Source: Felis catus
Lineage: Eukaryota
Assembly: GCF_018350175.1 (NCBI RefSeq)
Contig: NC_058368.1
Location: forward strand, 9,486,001-9,550,000
Reading direction: 5' to 3'
DNA: 64,000 nt
Shown in pieces: positions 1-13,959 of the stretch (the stretch's first letter is position 1; every line of letters starts with the position of its first letter). The notes beneath the pieces were generated by a model. It ran no database searches. It saw only the letters and a list, made by a program, of their open reading frames with translations, and had not been told where the DNA came from. The position numbers and the translations under genes were made by a program.

Positions 1-3000
1 AGCAGCCATAATTCTTTGGTTGCAGCACACGGCAACTACCGGCTGTCTGCATTTTTTTTTTTTTTTTTAAATCCTACCAGGAAATCTCTCTTTTCCCTTT
101 GAAACTAGTTCAAAGCAGGGTATTTAACGGGCATTTAGATGGAGGGAGAGCTTGAGAGGCCACTTTTACGAATGGTGTCATGAGATGAGTCATGGTCAAG
201 GACGTGATTCTGCTTGTGGCAGGGTTATGAATGGGGCTGCTTTATTACCAAGCCAGGGGCGGGGGCGGGGTGGGGGCGAGCGGGAGACCACCTGATTCTA
301 CGTCAGTCTCATAGAAAAGGCAAGTTGCAAATGTCCCTTGTCAGGCACCTCTCTTCTGGGCACCTCTTTGAAGCAAGAATAACCCTCCTGGTCCTTTGTT
401 TGAATGAATGGCTCTTGGAGCTGTGTTCCCAATCTCTTTGACGGTGGCTTATATTGCGTCAGTGGCCGTGGATTGGACAGAGAGGGTGTTGGGGTTATGC
501 GTGCTTGTGTTTGCCTACGCAGCAGGGGGAGGTCAAGGTAGGTTTTTTTTTTTTTTCCTTGATGAAATATATGAGGTACCATATGGTCGGAGTAACCTGA
601 GAATACCAGGTGTGCCCGCATCAGAATCTGATGTGCTGTTACCATGGAGACATTAGCTCCCTCTGCAATGCAGGGCCTCTACTTCCCCCCTCTGAAGAGC
701 TTACTCGTCTAACAGGAGCAGGTGCTCTGACATACAAAAGAAGTAAACCTTGAAGGCAGGCCTTTAGCAATTTCTGATTTCTTTTTCCTTGATTCCTCCT
801 GGAGTTTTCTCCCTCTCTACTCAAGGCTCTTCTTTGAGCCAAGGCCTTGGCAAACTAGTAACAATGATAGTGACATCGATTCAGAGGGCAGATACAAACA
901 GTGTCTACCCTTTTAGATGAGAACACCAAGGCTTCAAGAAAATAGGAGATTTTATACCAAAGTCATAAGTCTCATAAAGAAGCTTGTCCAAGACAGAACC
1001 TAAACCCTGAACCATCTGACTTCACCCCGTGCGCTTAACTTCCTGCCAGTGATTAATCCATTACACTATAACGCCTACCTTTGCAAAGATACATCCAACT
1101 TTTTTTTTTTTTTTTTTTTTTTTTTGGCCCTAGCTGGGCTTTTCTGAGTAAACGCCAAATGCAATCAGGTGTGGGAATGGACTAAGAACTGAGAAGCAAA
1201 ATGGAAAAGATGTGAAGCCCCTGAGGGTTATAGGCTAGCCAAGTAGTGACTTACAAAGAGGACATGTCACCACCACCCTGAGAAGGAATGGCTACGATTT
1301 ACTGAACATCTGTGTGTTCACCTTCATTCTTTCATTAAATGTGTATTGAGTCCTACCTTATGCGAAGCATTGTTCTAAGTCCTGCGGATGCAGCAGTGAA
1401 CAAAACCAACAGACAAAAGTCCCTGCCTGTGGGGACTCCCCGGACTCCCCAGTCTGTGACCGTGCCAGGCATTTGGCCCTGGGAACTGGGAAACGGGGAA
1501 ACCATGGTCCTTATCCTGAAGTTTACACTTAAGGAGCCAAGTGCACAAGAAGCTAACTGTAATGCCCTGTGACAAGTCTAAAGAGAGGTCCAAAGTGTTG
1601 TGAATGGTGGATTCTTGGGGGTGGGGGCGGGTTCCAAGGTTTTTCTCACTAGCTTAGGTGATCAAGACCCTCAAGAGATCCCAGATCCACGGACGAGCCT
1701 GGAGGTCCTGTGGGGGCCTCGTGACAAACTTCTGGGAAGTCAGAACGCCCTCAGGTAACACATATGGGCACAGGCCTCTGTGCTCTCAGGGACTATTATA
1801 CTAGGTCTCCCTAACTTGTGCAACAAGCAATTGATCAGGCTTTTTGTATCTGTTTCTACCCCATTTCATTTCTTTACATTTCATTTTGCTTATTCTAGCT
1901 CTTCCTTCCACCTGCTGAGCTCTTTTTAAACGTTGTTTCAATAATCTTCACTATAATCTGTCCCTCCCAGCTTTGGGCCATCTAGAAGTTTGATATCTGC
2001 GTCTTTACCTTCTACGAAACTACTTGGAGACCGGGGTCTCCGTGTACGAGGTCCTGTAGCCTGGTATTAAGCCTTCTTTCCAGCCCAGCACAAATCTACT
2101 AATTAATGCCCTTTGATACAGCCATTCTATTAGCCAAGAACCCAGGTAACCATCATTCAGGTTGCATTCCTCTACCTTGTCCACAAGGACATCACTTAGA
2201 CACCTTGCCAAACGTCTCAGCAAAGATCCTTCTTCCCCCCACAGAGGCCCACGCACACGCACCCCCACCTTGGTAGAAAGTTGGAGAGATTGCAATGGCT
2301 TTAAAATTCCAAATGAAGGATGAGAATACCCCACTATCTGGCTCTAGCCAGCCCGGTGAACTCAGGCCTGTCGTTTACACTTGGGTTCTGTTGCAATGAT
2401 GCCAAACTGTCAGTCAAACACAAATGAAATGTTACCAGACAACTGTCCCATTTCGTTTTATTAATTTTTGAGTAGACAGGCCTGGTATCAGAGCAACATA
2501 CAAACAGAGCTCGGTGTCACCATTAAATAAAACTTACAACAAAGCAAACCTAATACATTTTAATGAGACGCACAGCCATGATTGTGCCGAGTGGTCATGA
2601 AAAAGGAATGGTAAGACACAACAATTGAAAAAACTTTCTGACACAGTTAAAAAAAAAAAAAAAACCCTTGGAGGTGAGAGGTAGGTAAAGAGAGGTCCTA
2701 AGAAAAGGAAGAAGGGATAAGGGGGAGGAAATTAGGACCACCTAATAAGATCATGTGTAAGAGTGGGTTCTGCCCTTCTTTGAATCAAACAATTCCAAGC
2801 ACTGTTAAGTGTTCCAATCCCTGGACGTGGCCAAATTTACGAGCTGGGAATCTGGGCAGGAAGAATAGACCCTAAGAATATCTGTTGGGTTCTTCTAAAA
2901 GAAACTGACGAACTTTAAAAATCAAAATCAACTAAAATCAATCAAAGCTGATTCTAGGAGTACTGTTAAGATATAAGGTGAAAGATAGTTCCCGCCCCCC

Positions 3001-3130
3001 GCCCCACTCCCCCCTCACCAAGAATGGCAAGCAACAAGAGAAAAACGCTTTCCTACGCAAGAACTCTTTACTAGGGAAGCAAAGAATTAGATGATTCGAT
3101 TAAAAATCATCCGGGAAGCTTTAAAAAAAA

Positions 3131-3338
3131 TTTTTTTTTGCAATGTTTGCTTATTTTTGAGAGACAGGGAGTGAGCGGGAAAGGGGCGTAGAGAGAGAGG
3201 GAGACACAGAATCGGAAGCAGGCTCCAGGCTCTGAGCTGTCAGCACAGAGTCCGACACGGGGCTGGAACTCGCAAACCCTGAGCTCATGGCCCGAGCTGA
3301 AGCGGGACGCTTAACAAACTGAGCCACCCAGGCACCCC
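3131..3338 (-). mobile_element. CAN-SINE (felid SINEC type) inserted in a MER5-like hAT remnant
   Basis: Reverse-complement head GGGGTGCCTGGGTGGCTCAG; TSD-like atcc(g/a)ggaagcttt on both sides. Confidence 0.9.
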
Positions 3339-5979
3339 ATCCAGGAAGCTTTTTAAAAATTCAGACACCTAGATGACTCCGAAGCCCACAAAATCAGGAT
3401 CTCAAGATCCTGGATGCGTAGGCATGTGTATTTTTAAAAGCTCCCCCAAGTGGTTCTGAAAATCACCCTAATTGATTATCTAGAACCTTGATGGATATGT
3501 ATTTTATACCCAGGGGGAATTCAAAATTATAGCCGGAGAGAGAGGAAAAACTGGGGAAAGCAAGCTGAAGAAGTGGCACACACAAAGCGTCACAATGTCA
3601 AGTGTATAATAATAAAATGTAGTCAGATTGCTTTCCTAACTCCCACCACCTAGGGAAAGGGTACTCTGACTGGCACGGTGAATGGGGAGATTGTTTTGAC
3701 TCCATATGGAGCAGGCTGAGTGGGATGTCAAAACAGGAGGTTTTAGAAAACCCCAGAGAACCAGGCACTTGATTCACAGCGATAAAATGTTTTAGGAGGT
3801 GAAAGGAAGTGAAAGAACAGAAATGGGCCTTTTCAGAATCTCGCCGGATCCATCTTGCCCCCCCCCCCCCCCCCCCCCCCCGCCGTCTCCAGAGGCCAAA
3901 GCAGTTTTTAATGAACTCCTTCTCAAAGAGTCCTTTCCTCCTCCTCTCTTTCGCTGCCCGGGGCAAGAGGCGGAAGCTGGGTGTGCTCTCTCCACCCTGT
4001 GTGTCATTTCACCCCAACCTTGCTGAAGACATCCCCTGCGATTGTGACCTGTGTTGTCGAAGGCGCTCACGAGGGCAGGCAACTCCCAACTGTTTTAGAG
4101 ATGTTAGAACTGTTGCCCAAGATGTATCCAGTCCTGCACCCCTAGGGGGCCTGCCTGCAAGCTTCCCCCCCCCCCCCCCCCCCGAGGGAAGCGGACGCGC
4201 TGTATGTCAGAGGCTCCCTGGGGCCCAGAGGCCGTTGGTGAGCCTCTCACCAAAGAAGCCCTTTGGTCTCCCCAGAAGCCACTGCCCAGCTCGCCGCCTG
4301 TTTGCCGTCTCCGGCCCTGGACTCACCCACCTACTGTCCCCCCCACACACAAGGACCCGAAGGAAGCATGCGGAATACTACCTGCAGGTTTTATTTTAAA
4401 TCAAATCAGCACCGGGCGCAGACTATTTATAAAACAGAGACACGATCTGCCTTGGCAGGAACTGGGACTTTACTAGAGCACTGAACAGCTCCCGGCGCTC
4501 CGTTGATGCTCTAGAATACGTTTAAATAGGTTGCCTCCCACACAAAGGTGGCTGGAAAGAAAACGGGATAGAAAACCGAGCCGGTTTTCATTCCGAGATG
4601 GACCACTCGGGTCCTGTTTCACTTCTCTGTCTCTCAGATGGGGCATGATTTCGGGAACAATCAAGGTGTTTTTCTTTTACCGTTAGCAAAGCAGCAATTC
4701 CTGTCTAACACTTTCACAAGGGGATGTTGGGAAGAGAGTAAGCACCGTAGCCAAGCGTCTTGCTGTGTGATCTCGGGCACATCACCTCAGTCCCTCTACG
4801 GGGGAAAATAATGGCACGAGGCAAGGTCTCTAAACATCCACTCGGCCCGAGAGTGGTCTGGCTTCCCAGGTGGAAAACTTCCAAAGAAGAAAAAGTGAAA
4901 ACAAAAGACAGACAGGAAGCCAGCTGGGCAGTCCCGTCGCCCAGCACGACAAGGAGCTGTGAGGTGCGTGGGTGGATGGTCGCCCGCAGTAGATTGTTGT
5001 CCCCCGTCGTCCAACCCCCTCCCTGGAAGAGGCTCATACATCTCTGGCCTTGCCGTGCGACACCTTGCAGAGAGAATAATATTTCCCTGTTTCACGGACA
5101 ACGGGTTCGTCCACGTGGCCTGGTTTGGCCACTGAACACAGCAGAAATGATATATGCGCCATCTGATTTTTAAGAGTTTTTGAGTGCTTCTGAGCCCTCT
5201 TGCTCTTTTCCCTAGGTCATGAGGATGGCGGGTGGGGGGGGGCGGTCTACTGAAGGCATCACGGATCTCCAAATGAGACGACGTAGGATCCCAGCCAAAG
5301 AGCTGCCGGCGACATATCTATGGGAATAAGAAACACACCTTTGCTATCACGAGCCACCGAAGCGTTGGGGTGGCTTCGTTATCTCAGTCTTACCCACAGA
5401 AAGCTGACCCGTCCAGCACCCACCACGGGGCCATGTGTGATAAATACCCGAAGAACGACCAGGGCTGCTCGGCTACCCTGTACTCTTAGAATGGACGCTT
5501 CTGGCTGGAGCAGCTTTATAATTTAGACACCACCACGGACGCCAGAAATACACAACTATTCAAATATGTAACACCGGCTGCCCCCCGCAGGAATTTGGGG
5601 GTGGGCGTGACGTTGCCATCATGGCTGTGCCCTCAATTCACCATGTATCTAAATTCCCTTAGGCCCGCAGGAAGCCTTGACCCTCTCCCTGGAGCCAAGT
5701 CACGTAACCCCTGAAATCTCGCGGCAGCCCTCCATTCAGAGAGGTCTGTGCTTATTTTTCTTGTGGCTGTTCACCTAATGAAAACACGGGATTTAGAAAT
5801 TCCTCAAAGAACAAATAGATCCTCCAGGCCAGGATGAGAAACACTGCATTCAGTGATCTGAAAGAAAGGTCCCTTCCAACTCTGAAATAGGTCAATCTTA
5901 AAGCATTATCTAACCTGGACAGGATTTTCCTCCCCATCTCACGGGTGGATAGCCTATCTATTAGGGGCACACATCAACC

Positions 5980-6600
5980 GGATGCAGCAAATTAGGGCAG
6001 AAAGACGGGTGAATTTTCCAAATGAACTGGCAAGATAATTTAGGGAAAATGAATATGGTTATCAGGCAAACCTGTCCCGACTTAGCAGACTTTGTTCAGA
6101 AAGTAATGTGTGTTCCTTTAAGAGGGGGGGGAAAAAAGTCAGAGAACTAATTAGATTTACAATCTGTGAACATCGTCAAAATAAAGAGTTCAAATCTATT
6201 TTTTTCATTCCTGTACAGCCTGGGGGCAATAGCCAGAAGAAATTACTATTAAGGGTGAGTAATGCAAAAGAGATTGTGTGCGAATTTCAATCTGAAACGT
6301 GCGAATTTAATATACAACTGCGAATTAAGAAGCGCCTTTTGATTTACGAAGTGGGCTTGGTTCATGCTTGGAACAAAGTTCTGTCCCGTAGACGATTCCA
6401 AGATGGACTGACGGACCGCACGTGCACCTGGAAAAACAAGGGGGGATTTCGTAGCACTGGGAAGACACTGGGGCCGCAGAGCTGTCTCGTCACCCGCGGC
6501 ACGTAAAAAATCAAACCACCGAGGGGAACACTGTTGCTCGTGCCTGTGTGGCCCGCCGTGGCCCGGGCCAGCCGCCAGCCCGCTAGAGAAAGCAGGCAAC
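5980..6600. promoter_or_regulatory. Enhancer-like non-repetitive block (homeodomain/PBX-HOX-type motifs, CpG-rich 3' part)
   Basis: CTAATTAG near 6147; three TGCGAATT at 6279, 6300, 6319; TGATTTACGA at 6340-6349; no recognisable repeat. Confidence 0.35.
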
Positions 6601-7979
6601 GCAGTTTGTCAACAACCAGGAATCACAAGAAGGTGATTTGGAGCCACGCAAAGATCAAGGAGATTTGTGCTTATTCAGGCCGTGTCCACAGACGAGACAC
6701 CCGGTTCTTCTGCTCCTAGATTTTCTGCCGAGCAGCCGATTTCAAATCCAAGCTTCGCCATTACCCTGCAGCGAACGTGTTTCTTCGGGTCGGTGCTCCT
6801 CAGGACGGTTTTGCTTAAGGGGTCACAGTGAGGAAAGGAGACCTTCTTCTACGATTACAGATTCTCAGTGCCCACTGGGGATGTTCTTACGGTATACAAA
6901 GTACAGGAGGCAATGATCATATCGCTCCCTACCCTCACAGAGTGTTAAAGAACTTGCTCTAATAAAAGGGGACCGTCACTCTGATACAAGTCAAGAGGAA
7001 GGCGATGATCGTTACCTCTACCCGGATTAGTATTCCTTCCCTCGCCACCCGCCGAACTCCTCTTCATGCTTCAAAACATGGCTGACATCACCTCCTCTGG
7101 GAAGCCTTCTTTGTCCTTTTCCTCCTCCACACCACTGTCATCGGTGCCACATACTGTCATCGGTGCATAGAATTCTGTGATGGTTTGTTTCAGGGCTTTC
7201 TCTAGCAGGTCAAGTTCCTTCAGGCAGGGATTCTACCCAGAATCTGCTGGACATTCGAAACTTGGAATGATTGAATGAAGGTCTAAGTAGACTTACGTAA
7301 ATAATCTTAGTTAAGGTTCAAATTAACATGCATGAAAAAATAAATCTTGCTTAGATCCTCTAGGCCCCCTTCCTGCAGGATCCCTCAGGCATTACGTAGA
7401 AAACGTAGGAAACCCCTGGAAAGCTCCGCTTTATGGAACCGGAGACCTTCTGACATCATGTAACACCTTTCCTTCCTTGTGAAAAGCCGGTGGGCCAACG
7501 AACTACCACTCCAGTCTGTGATTCTTAAGCAAGGCACACAGGCCCTGTGCGACCCTCTAGAAGGCGCGTCTCTAACTACAGTAAGAGAAACATCGCGTCG
7601 CTCGTAAATTCCCTCTTTGTTGAGAAATTATGCTTACTCTTCTGTTTCTGTCGTAAATAGCGATTCCCTGTATTGGACAGGGAATCAAGGGGTAGTGCGA
7701 CACTTCGGTCGATTTCTGGTATCTTCAAATTTCTGCCCCGCTGCAGAAAAGTACCGCGTAAGAGAAGAGGGTGGCCCCTAATTTTGACAGATCCCCAACG
7801 GCCGTTCACCCCGAAGTCAAAAATGGCCCGATGCAAATCAGTGTGACCCTATTCACCGTGACTGGCAGGGGTTAGGAACATTATTCATCATAGCATCTAC
7901 TTAGTTCAGAGGGACTGACAAACAGCCAGCCTGGGCATCCAGGGCTGCTTTGCGCCTGGAGGAAAGAGAGAAAACTGAC

Positions 7980-8760
7980 ACAAAATAAAAATAGCTAACC
8001 AGCGGTGTGCTCCAGGGGGCGTGCGGAGGAAGCCCCTGACTTGTAATTACGTTTGCTGGCTTCTGTGGCATAAATAGGCCCGCGGAGGCCAACTCCAAGC
8101 TCTGCGTGGTTAAAAGGCTTGCCCCTTCCCTTAAAATTCAGCGATCGGCTCCGGGAGAGCCTGCCAGGGGCCAGCGCGGCACGGCGGCTCACGTTTCCTG
8201 AGGGCTCACTGCGGTGCCAGAAACTGACAAGCCCTTTAGACTCAGGATGTCATTTCGTCCTCCCGACAGTCCTCTACGTCCTCACGATACCACCACGCCT
8301 CTCGCGACCCGGCAGACGGACCCCTTGTGTAAACAGCTGGTAGATCTCCAGCCAGAGAGCAGGAGTGAGGCTTTGACCAGAGCGCACACAGTGCAAGTTA
8401 AGACGGGACATCTGTGGCGCGTGGCAGTCTTGGCCTGGTCACAGGAGTACACGCGGATTCCTTCCCTTTGAAAACGCCAGATCCTCCCTCTTCGGTTCTC
8501 CCTTCTAGCCGGGACTCTCATAGCTTAGCACTTTTCTGTTAGTAACTAGGAATCTCTGCTCTACTCTCGCTTCTCCCTTCAACAGTTCCATTGACCTTCG
8601 ATGGAAGGGTCCTCGTCCTCCTCCCTCAGCGAGGAGAGGCCTCAAGCCGCTGCCTCGGGCGGCTGGCGGCTCTGGAAACGTCCCACGCGGATAAAAGGAG
8701 AGCCGCAACAACCTGGCGCCTCTGCGGGGCAAGTTTTGCACAGAAGCTGGAGGAACGGTT
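7980..8760. promoter_or_regulatory. GC/CpG-rich intergenic segment, possible orphan CpG island or enhancer
   Basis: High density of CG dinucleotides by eye (e.g. gcgcggcacggcggc, ctcgcgacccggc, cgggcggctggcggc); no splice-consistent coding signal. Confidence 0.35.
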
Positions 8761-10069
8761 GTGCAGGTTGTGCACCGACAAGTGAAAAGGAAGAAATGGG
8801 CGGTGACATTCACATGGTATCTAGAAGACAGGCATTCTTTGAAGACTGGGAGAGGAAAACTCACAACACGAATGAAACTTGTCCCAAGGTGTTCAAGCGC
8901 TATCACGTCCAGACAGAGCAGAATGGGGGACACTATGGGAGGGGCTGACAGAACCAGGATTCCTGGGCACACACGGAGCAGGGAGGCAGGCAGAAGGAAG
9001 ACCCAGGTCTCGACCTCGAGTAGGGGCTTCCACTGTTCCGTGATTTTGTTGCCAAAAACACTGAGTCTCTTATTAAAAACTCTAATATGTGCAACTTAAA
9101 CTTGAAAGAATTTTCCTATTTGTTTAAACATCTTCCAAATGAAGTGAGCGGTTCACAGGTTTGGCCAAAGGTAAATGAAAACTTCTGCGTAGTGAGCATG
9201 AATTTTAATCATTTTTAATAAAGCTCCTGACTTAGAGTTGCAGTCAATGATTTACCTCTTCCACTTGGATCTATCCACTTTTGTGAAGTAACCTTTTCAC
9301 CACAACAGTCATTAAAACTAAGCAGTGAAATACATTATAAATCACTGTACCCAGTGAGGCGAAAGTTAAAGTTAAAAAAAGGAATGAGGTGTATTTAATC
9401 TCATGGCTCTCAGTACAAATACTCTTCATAATTTCTAGAGGGCATTTTTGTACCAACAAAATTATTTCGCAATGTTTTCATATGTTCGGTCTGTAAATTT
9501 TCTAATGTCGTGAACATTGTTATAAATTGCACACAAAAACTACTGTAAATTACAAATGTTCTGCAAGCTATCAATACAGTCAGGGTGGAAAACTCACAAA
9601 TCACTTCTTGACGGAGAGGCATCATCACAGAAATTTGCAGAACACTGTCCCAGGTCACCACTGACAATGGCCAGCACAGTCCTGTCCTAGGAGTCGTATG
9701 AAATGAGATGGAGTCATGACTGACTTCTAGGCCAAAGGCTTTTGGGAGACAGAAACACAAGCACTGACTAACTTGATTTCTATACATATTGCTTTATGTG
9801 TAAGCATATTTCCTTTCGAAGTAATTATCACATAGAAAAATATAAGGTAAAAGGTAAAAATATCCCCTCATGCAAGAGGTTTCTCATTTTGGTTTGAATT
9901 TTTAAAAAGTAGGTGTTAATTCTTAAAAGGAATTCATCTATCATAATGCTTTTTCATAAAATGTTAAGAGTTCATTTACAGCACAAACTGGCAAGCTATA
10001 GAAGAAATTGGTATGCCCTGAAAAGTACAGAAAAGATGTTTTCATCCCACATTAAAAACTTCAGGGAGA

Positions 10070-10268
10070 GGGGCACCTGGGTGGCGCAGTTGGTTAAGCG
10101 TCTGACTTCAGCCAGGTCACGATCTCGCAGTCTGTGAGTTCGAGCCCCGCGTCAGGCTCTGGGCTGATGGCTCAGAGCCTGGAGCCTGTTTCCGATTCTG
10201 TGTCTCCCTCTCTCTCTGCCCCTCCCCCGTTCATGCTCTGTCTCTCTCTGTCCCAAAAATAAATAAAC

Positions 10269-10301
<33 letters not shown>
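10070..10301 (+). mobile_element. Young SINEC_Fc-type SINE
   Basis: tRNA-derived head, (CT) tract, long pure poly(A); perfect TSD aaaaacttcagggaga at 10054-10069 and 10302-10317. Confidence 0.95.
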
Positions 10302-10308
<7 letters not shown>

Positions 10309-12065
10309 TCAGGGAGAAAATGATAGTTTCCACCAAAAACAGGAACTAAAGAGGTGATTTCTTGCAATTAGCAAATATGTGTTTCATGCAATTCTCTGAT
10401 GAGAACCCAAGAAAATGGTACCTTTCTTTTAATGTGAATATTTCTGAATGGGGCTTCTAGCTGCCTCGAACAACCTCCATTCCTCTGGTGCTGTGTTTCA
10501 GCAAATCATTTGCAGAGTCACACTGCTGTATGACATTCTGTCCAATTAGCTGTCAGCCTTCTACCTTCACTGCAAGGACCTTACTTTTCCGAAGAAGATT
10601 TCATACAATCACCCCACCCCGTTGAATTAAAACCACACAAAAAGCTGTGCTCACAGCCCGACTGCTGGGCCACACAAACCCAGTGAACGAAATCTCAGGT
10701 GGGGAACATTTCTGAAGAGACATGAGAACAATTACAGTCATTTCACGATCAGTTATTAATTTAATCCAGAATACAGCAAAGTCTTGCTTGAATTTGCAAG
10801 TGTAGGTAAAAACAAACAAAAAAGGTAATCTATAAGAATGTAAGCATTTTATGAATGTATGCGTGTATATTTGAATATGTACACATATTCATCAGTTACA
10901 TGATGGACCCCCCAAAACAGTTCATTTTGTTTGCCATGTCTGATCGACCCACATTTGTCACCTGTGCTATGAATTCGGGAAGGCAGTAGAGAACGTCAGT
11001 GCACTGTGTTTTCAAGAAAGCACACTGTTATTTATTACAAACTCTTTGCAGAGGCCTGCTTTGAAGAGAAACAAATTAAGCCAGTTCTTTCAGTAAAGGC
11101 AGAACAACTTATTACACTAAATTCAGAACTAGCTTAGATTTTGAAATACGGGCTCTGCATTGTAAACCGAAATTTCATCCACATTTATCTTGGGAGGAAA
11201 AAAGTTTTGATTGGGGAAAAGGCTTTTAAAGGCTGACGGAATTCATGACAAGGGTTCCTAAGGCTGCTTGGAAACCAAATTGTTCTTAAAAAATAACTTT
11301 GATGAGTTAAGTGTAAATGAATCAGAAACATATGGATTAAATTTCCCTTAAAATACACAAGGGCTTGAAAATTAGAGGAAGTGTGCCTGGTAAAGTACAT
11401 TTGAGAAATGTTACAAAACATGTTTCAAAATGTTTGAAAAATAACTTGAGGTATTTTACAAATTGCAAACGAGGCTTAATTCATTCATCTCTAATTACAT
11501 AATAATTACTAACACTATAGTTTAAGATTTATGTTCTGTAATACAGTAGTCATACCATGATTAGTTATTTGTCTAAAGAAGCTATTCAAGATGTGCTAAT
11601 TGGAAACATCCTGAACGTTCAGAAGTAAACTCAGCTCTGGGGTAGTGCTTCAAATACAGACCCCAACCCCAGGGCCAGCTCTCCTGGTAACCGACGGTGA
11701 CCATACACACAGCTAATGACTCTGGAGCTGTCATCCAGTGGGCAGAGCACTGTCAGGGATCTTATTAATAAAAATAACCGATGGAGCTTTATGTCGCTTA
11801 AGTTGGTGGTCTAAATATAATTTGTGGAACCTCTTAGAATGACTGGTTCGTATAATAAAGCCTGTCCTGAAAATCAAGAAGGTATATATTTATATACATC
11901 TACAGCAAATAACAGTGACATTCTCCAATTCACTTTAATCCCACAACACAAGAGCCTAAAAGTCTCCTGGCAAAACAGCATCATAGGAAACAGAAGGTAA
12001 CAGTGATTAATAACCTCAGAAAAATGAGTGAGTGTAACATTTATTTCAAGAATTGAGTACTTTTA

Positions 12066-12294
12066 GGGGTGCCTGGGTGGCTCAGTCGGTTGAGCATGTG
12101 ACTTCGGCTCAGGTCATGATCTCACGGTTTGTGGGTTTGAATCCCACATCGGGCTCTGTGCTGACAGCTCGGAGCCTGGAGCCTGCCTTGGATTCTGTGT
12201 CTCCCTCTCTCTCTGCCCCTCCCCTGCTCATTCTCTCTCTCTCTTTCTCTCTCTCTCAAAGAATAAATAGACATTACAAATTTTTTAAAAAGAA
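12066..12294 (+). mobile_element. CAN-SINE
   Basis: Head GGGGTGCCTGGGTGGCTCAG; TSD aagaattgagtactttt. Confidence 0.93.
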
Positions 12295-13959
12295 AAGAAT
12301 TGAGTACTTTTGCATTTACACTGTTGAAAGTAATCTTGGACTATGGCAAAGAAATAGGTTGTGGAGCTAAACTGACCTAAGTCCATTCCTTCCTCTGCTT
12401 CTTAGGGGCCAAATGACTAGAGCAAGTCACTTTATAAATCTGTTTCCTCTTCTGCAAAAAGAGAGTAACAGTAAATCTTAGAGCTAATGCACAGATTTAA
12501 TAAAACAATAAAGGTAAGGTAAAGTGTCTAGCACATAGCAAACGTTACAAACGTTAGTGCCAATCTATGGTGTCAGTTTATCTCCTATTTCTTATTTTTA
12601 ACCATCATTAACTTGGGTGAATAGTCTCCACTGCTATGCTTCAGAGGCTTAAAGGTCCTCAGGAAACATCTTGCCTGCTTGCTTTACAGCTTATCTGTAG
12701 CATTCTCTCAGATCAAAAATAGATACAAGCGCTACTTCCCCGTTCAAAATGTGACCTTGAATACACATCAGAACATTTCTCTGCGCTCTGGTCTTTCACC
12801 TGTAACACGAGGGGACTGGACCAAGTCATTTGCTCCCAATTTCAGGTCTCAGCACCCTGGGTTGCTGCTGAGTGCCTCTCAGAAGTTGCGTGAAAGGTCC
12901 ACAGAAGATCTCAGGAAACTCACAATTAGAGAAGAGTTGGCCATGAGACTTTTCTGATCATGAAGAGGATAGGAAGTAGCCAGTGAACACCGTCCTGGTG
13001 TGACGGGGGCCGTGGTGGCGAGCAAGGAGCCGGACGCGTCCCAGGTGAATCCCCGTGTCTGTCTGGGCCAGCTGTATCTGCCTGAGGTCACGTCCAGCCA
13101 GGGAAGGAAGAGAGCACGCAGGTAGTTGCCTCCAGAATCCGAGCCTGAGTTGACAGCCCACGTTGCCTTTCCGGCTATCCATTTGCAAGGCGGCAGCTGA
13201 CGCTGGCCGGGCGATACTTACGCCTCCCCCCACGGTTCCCAACTCAGTCCTGCCTCCACTGGGCAAACACCCCAACATTCAAGTACGCTCCGCCACGTCA
13301 GCCAATCCGCACGACACATCACGAGGCAGCATCGGAAACACATACTGGAGAAAGTAGCAAGGACCAAAGGGAGTGGGAAGGCCCTAGCCACAAATGCTCC
13401 CTATTCTTTTGTCCCATTTACCTAATTCTTTTCTGGACAGCCTGTAATAGAGCAAAGGGACGCTGGGCGCCTTCCAGCTAGAACTATTATTCTACAACTA
13501 CGTGACAGCATAATCAGGCATAAACATCTACTTCGCCCTTGGGTCTGCCAGGAACACCTCTGGGCACCAAAGATAAAGCTAAGAAGGCCACACACAGCCT
13601 AGGGAAATGACACACAGCACCAGAGCTCAGAGACCGCAGCTCCCTACTAGTCCTCATCCCCAGCTGGCTGTCCTCCTGACGTTACCCTTAATTCTAACAA
13701 GCCTAACGACTCTTTCACTGGGTTCACTACAGACTGGGGGCAGGACCTGGAAGAGGAATAGAGGTTGTCGGTCTGATAACAGAAGAGTAAAAATGCTGTT
13801 AAGAGCAAACACCAAAACTCAAAGGCCAGTGAGCGACAGACAGAAAAACACTGCTACTTCGCGCCCCCCCCCCCCCCACCAGCTGCTGGGGGTAGCATGT
13901 CTTCAGGATGACCTCGAATCACAAAGCAAAGGTGAAGTTCAAGTTCTCCGTTACAAATT

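Noticed and set aside
3809..4399. 196-aa proline-rich ORF and overlapping Gly/Pro ORFs
   Set aside because: The poly-Pro/Gly stretches come from C homopolymers; no recognisable domain or splice structure.
10070..10150. tRNA-like A/B box sequences
   Set aside because: These are SINE heads followed by (CT)n and poly(A), not tRNA genes.
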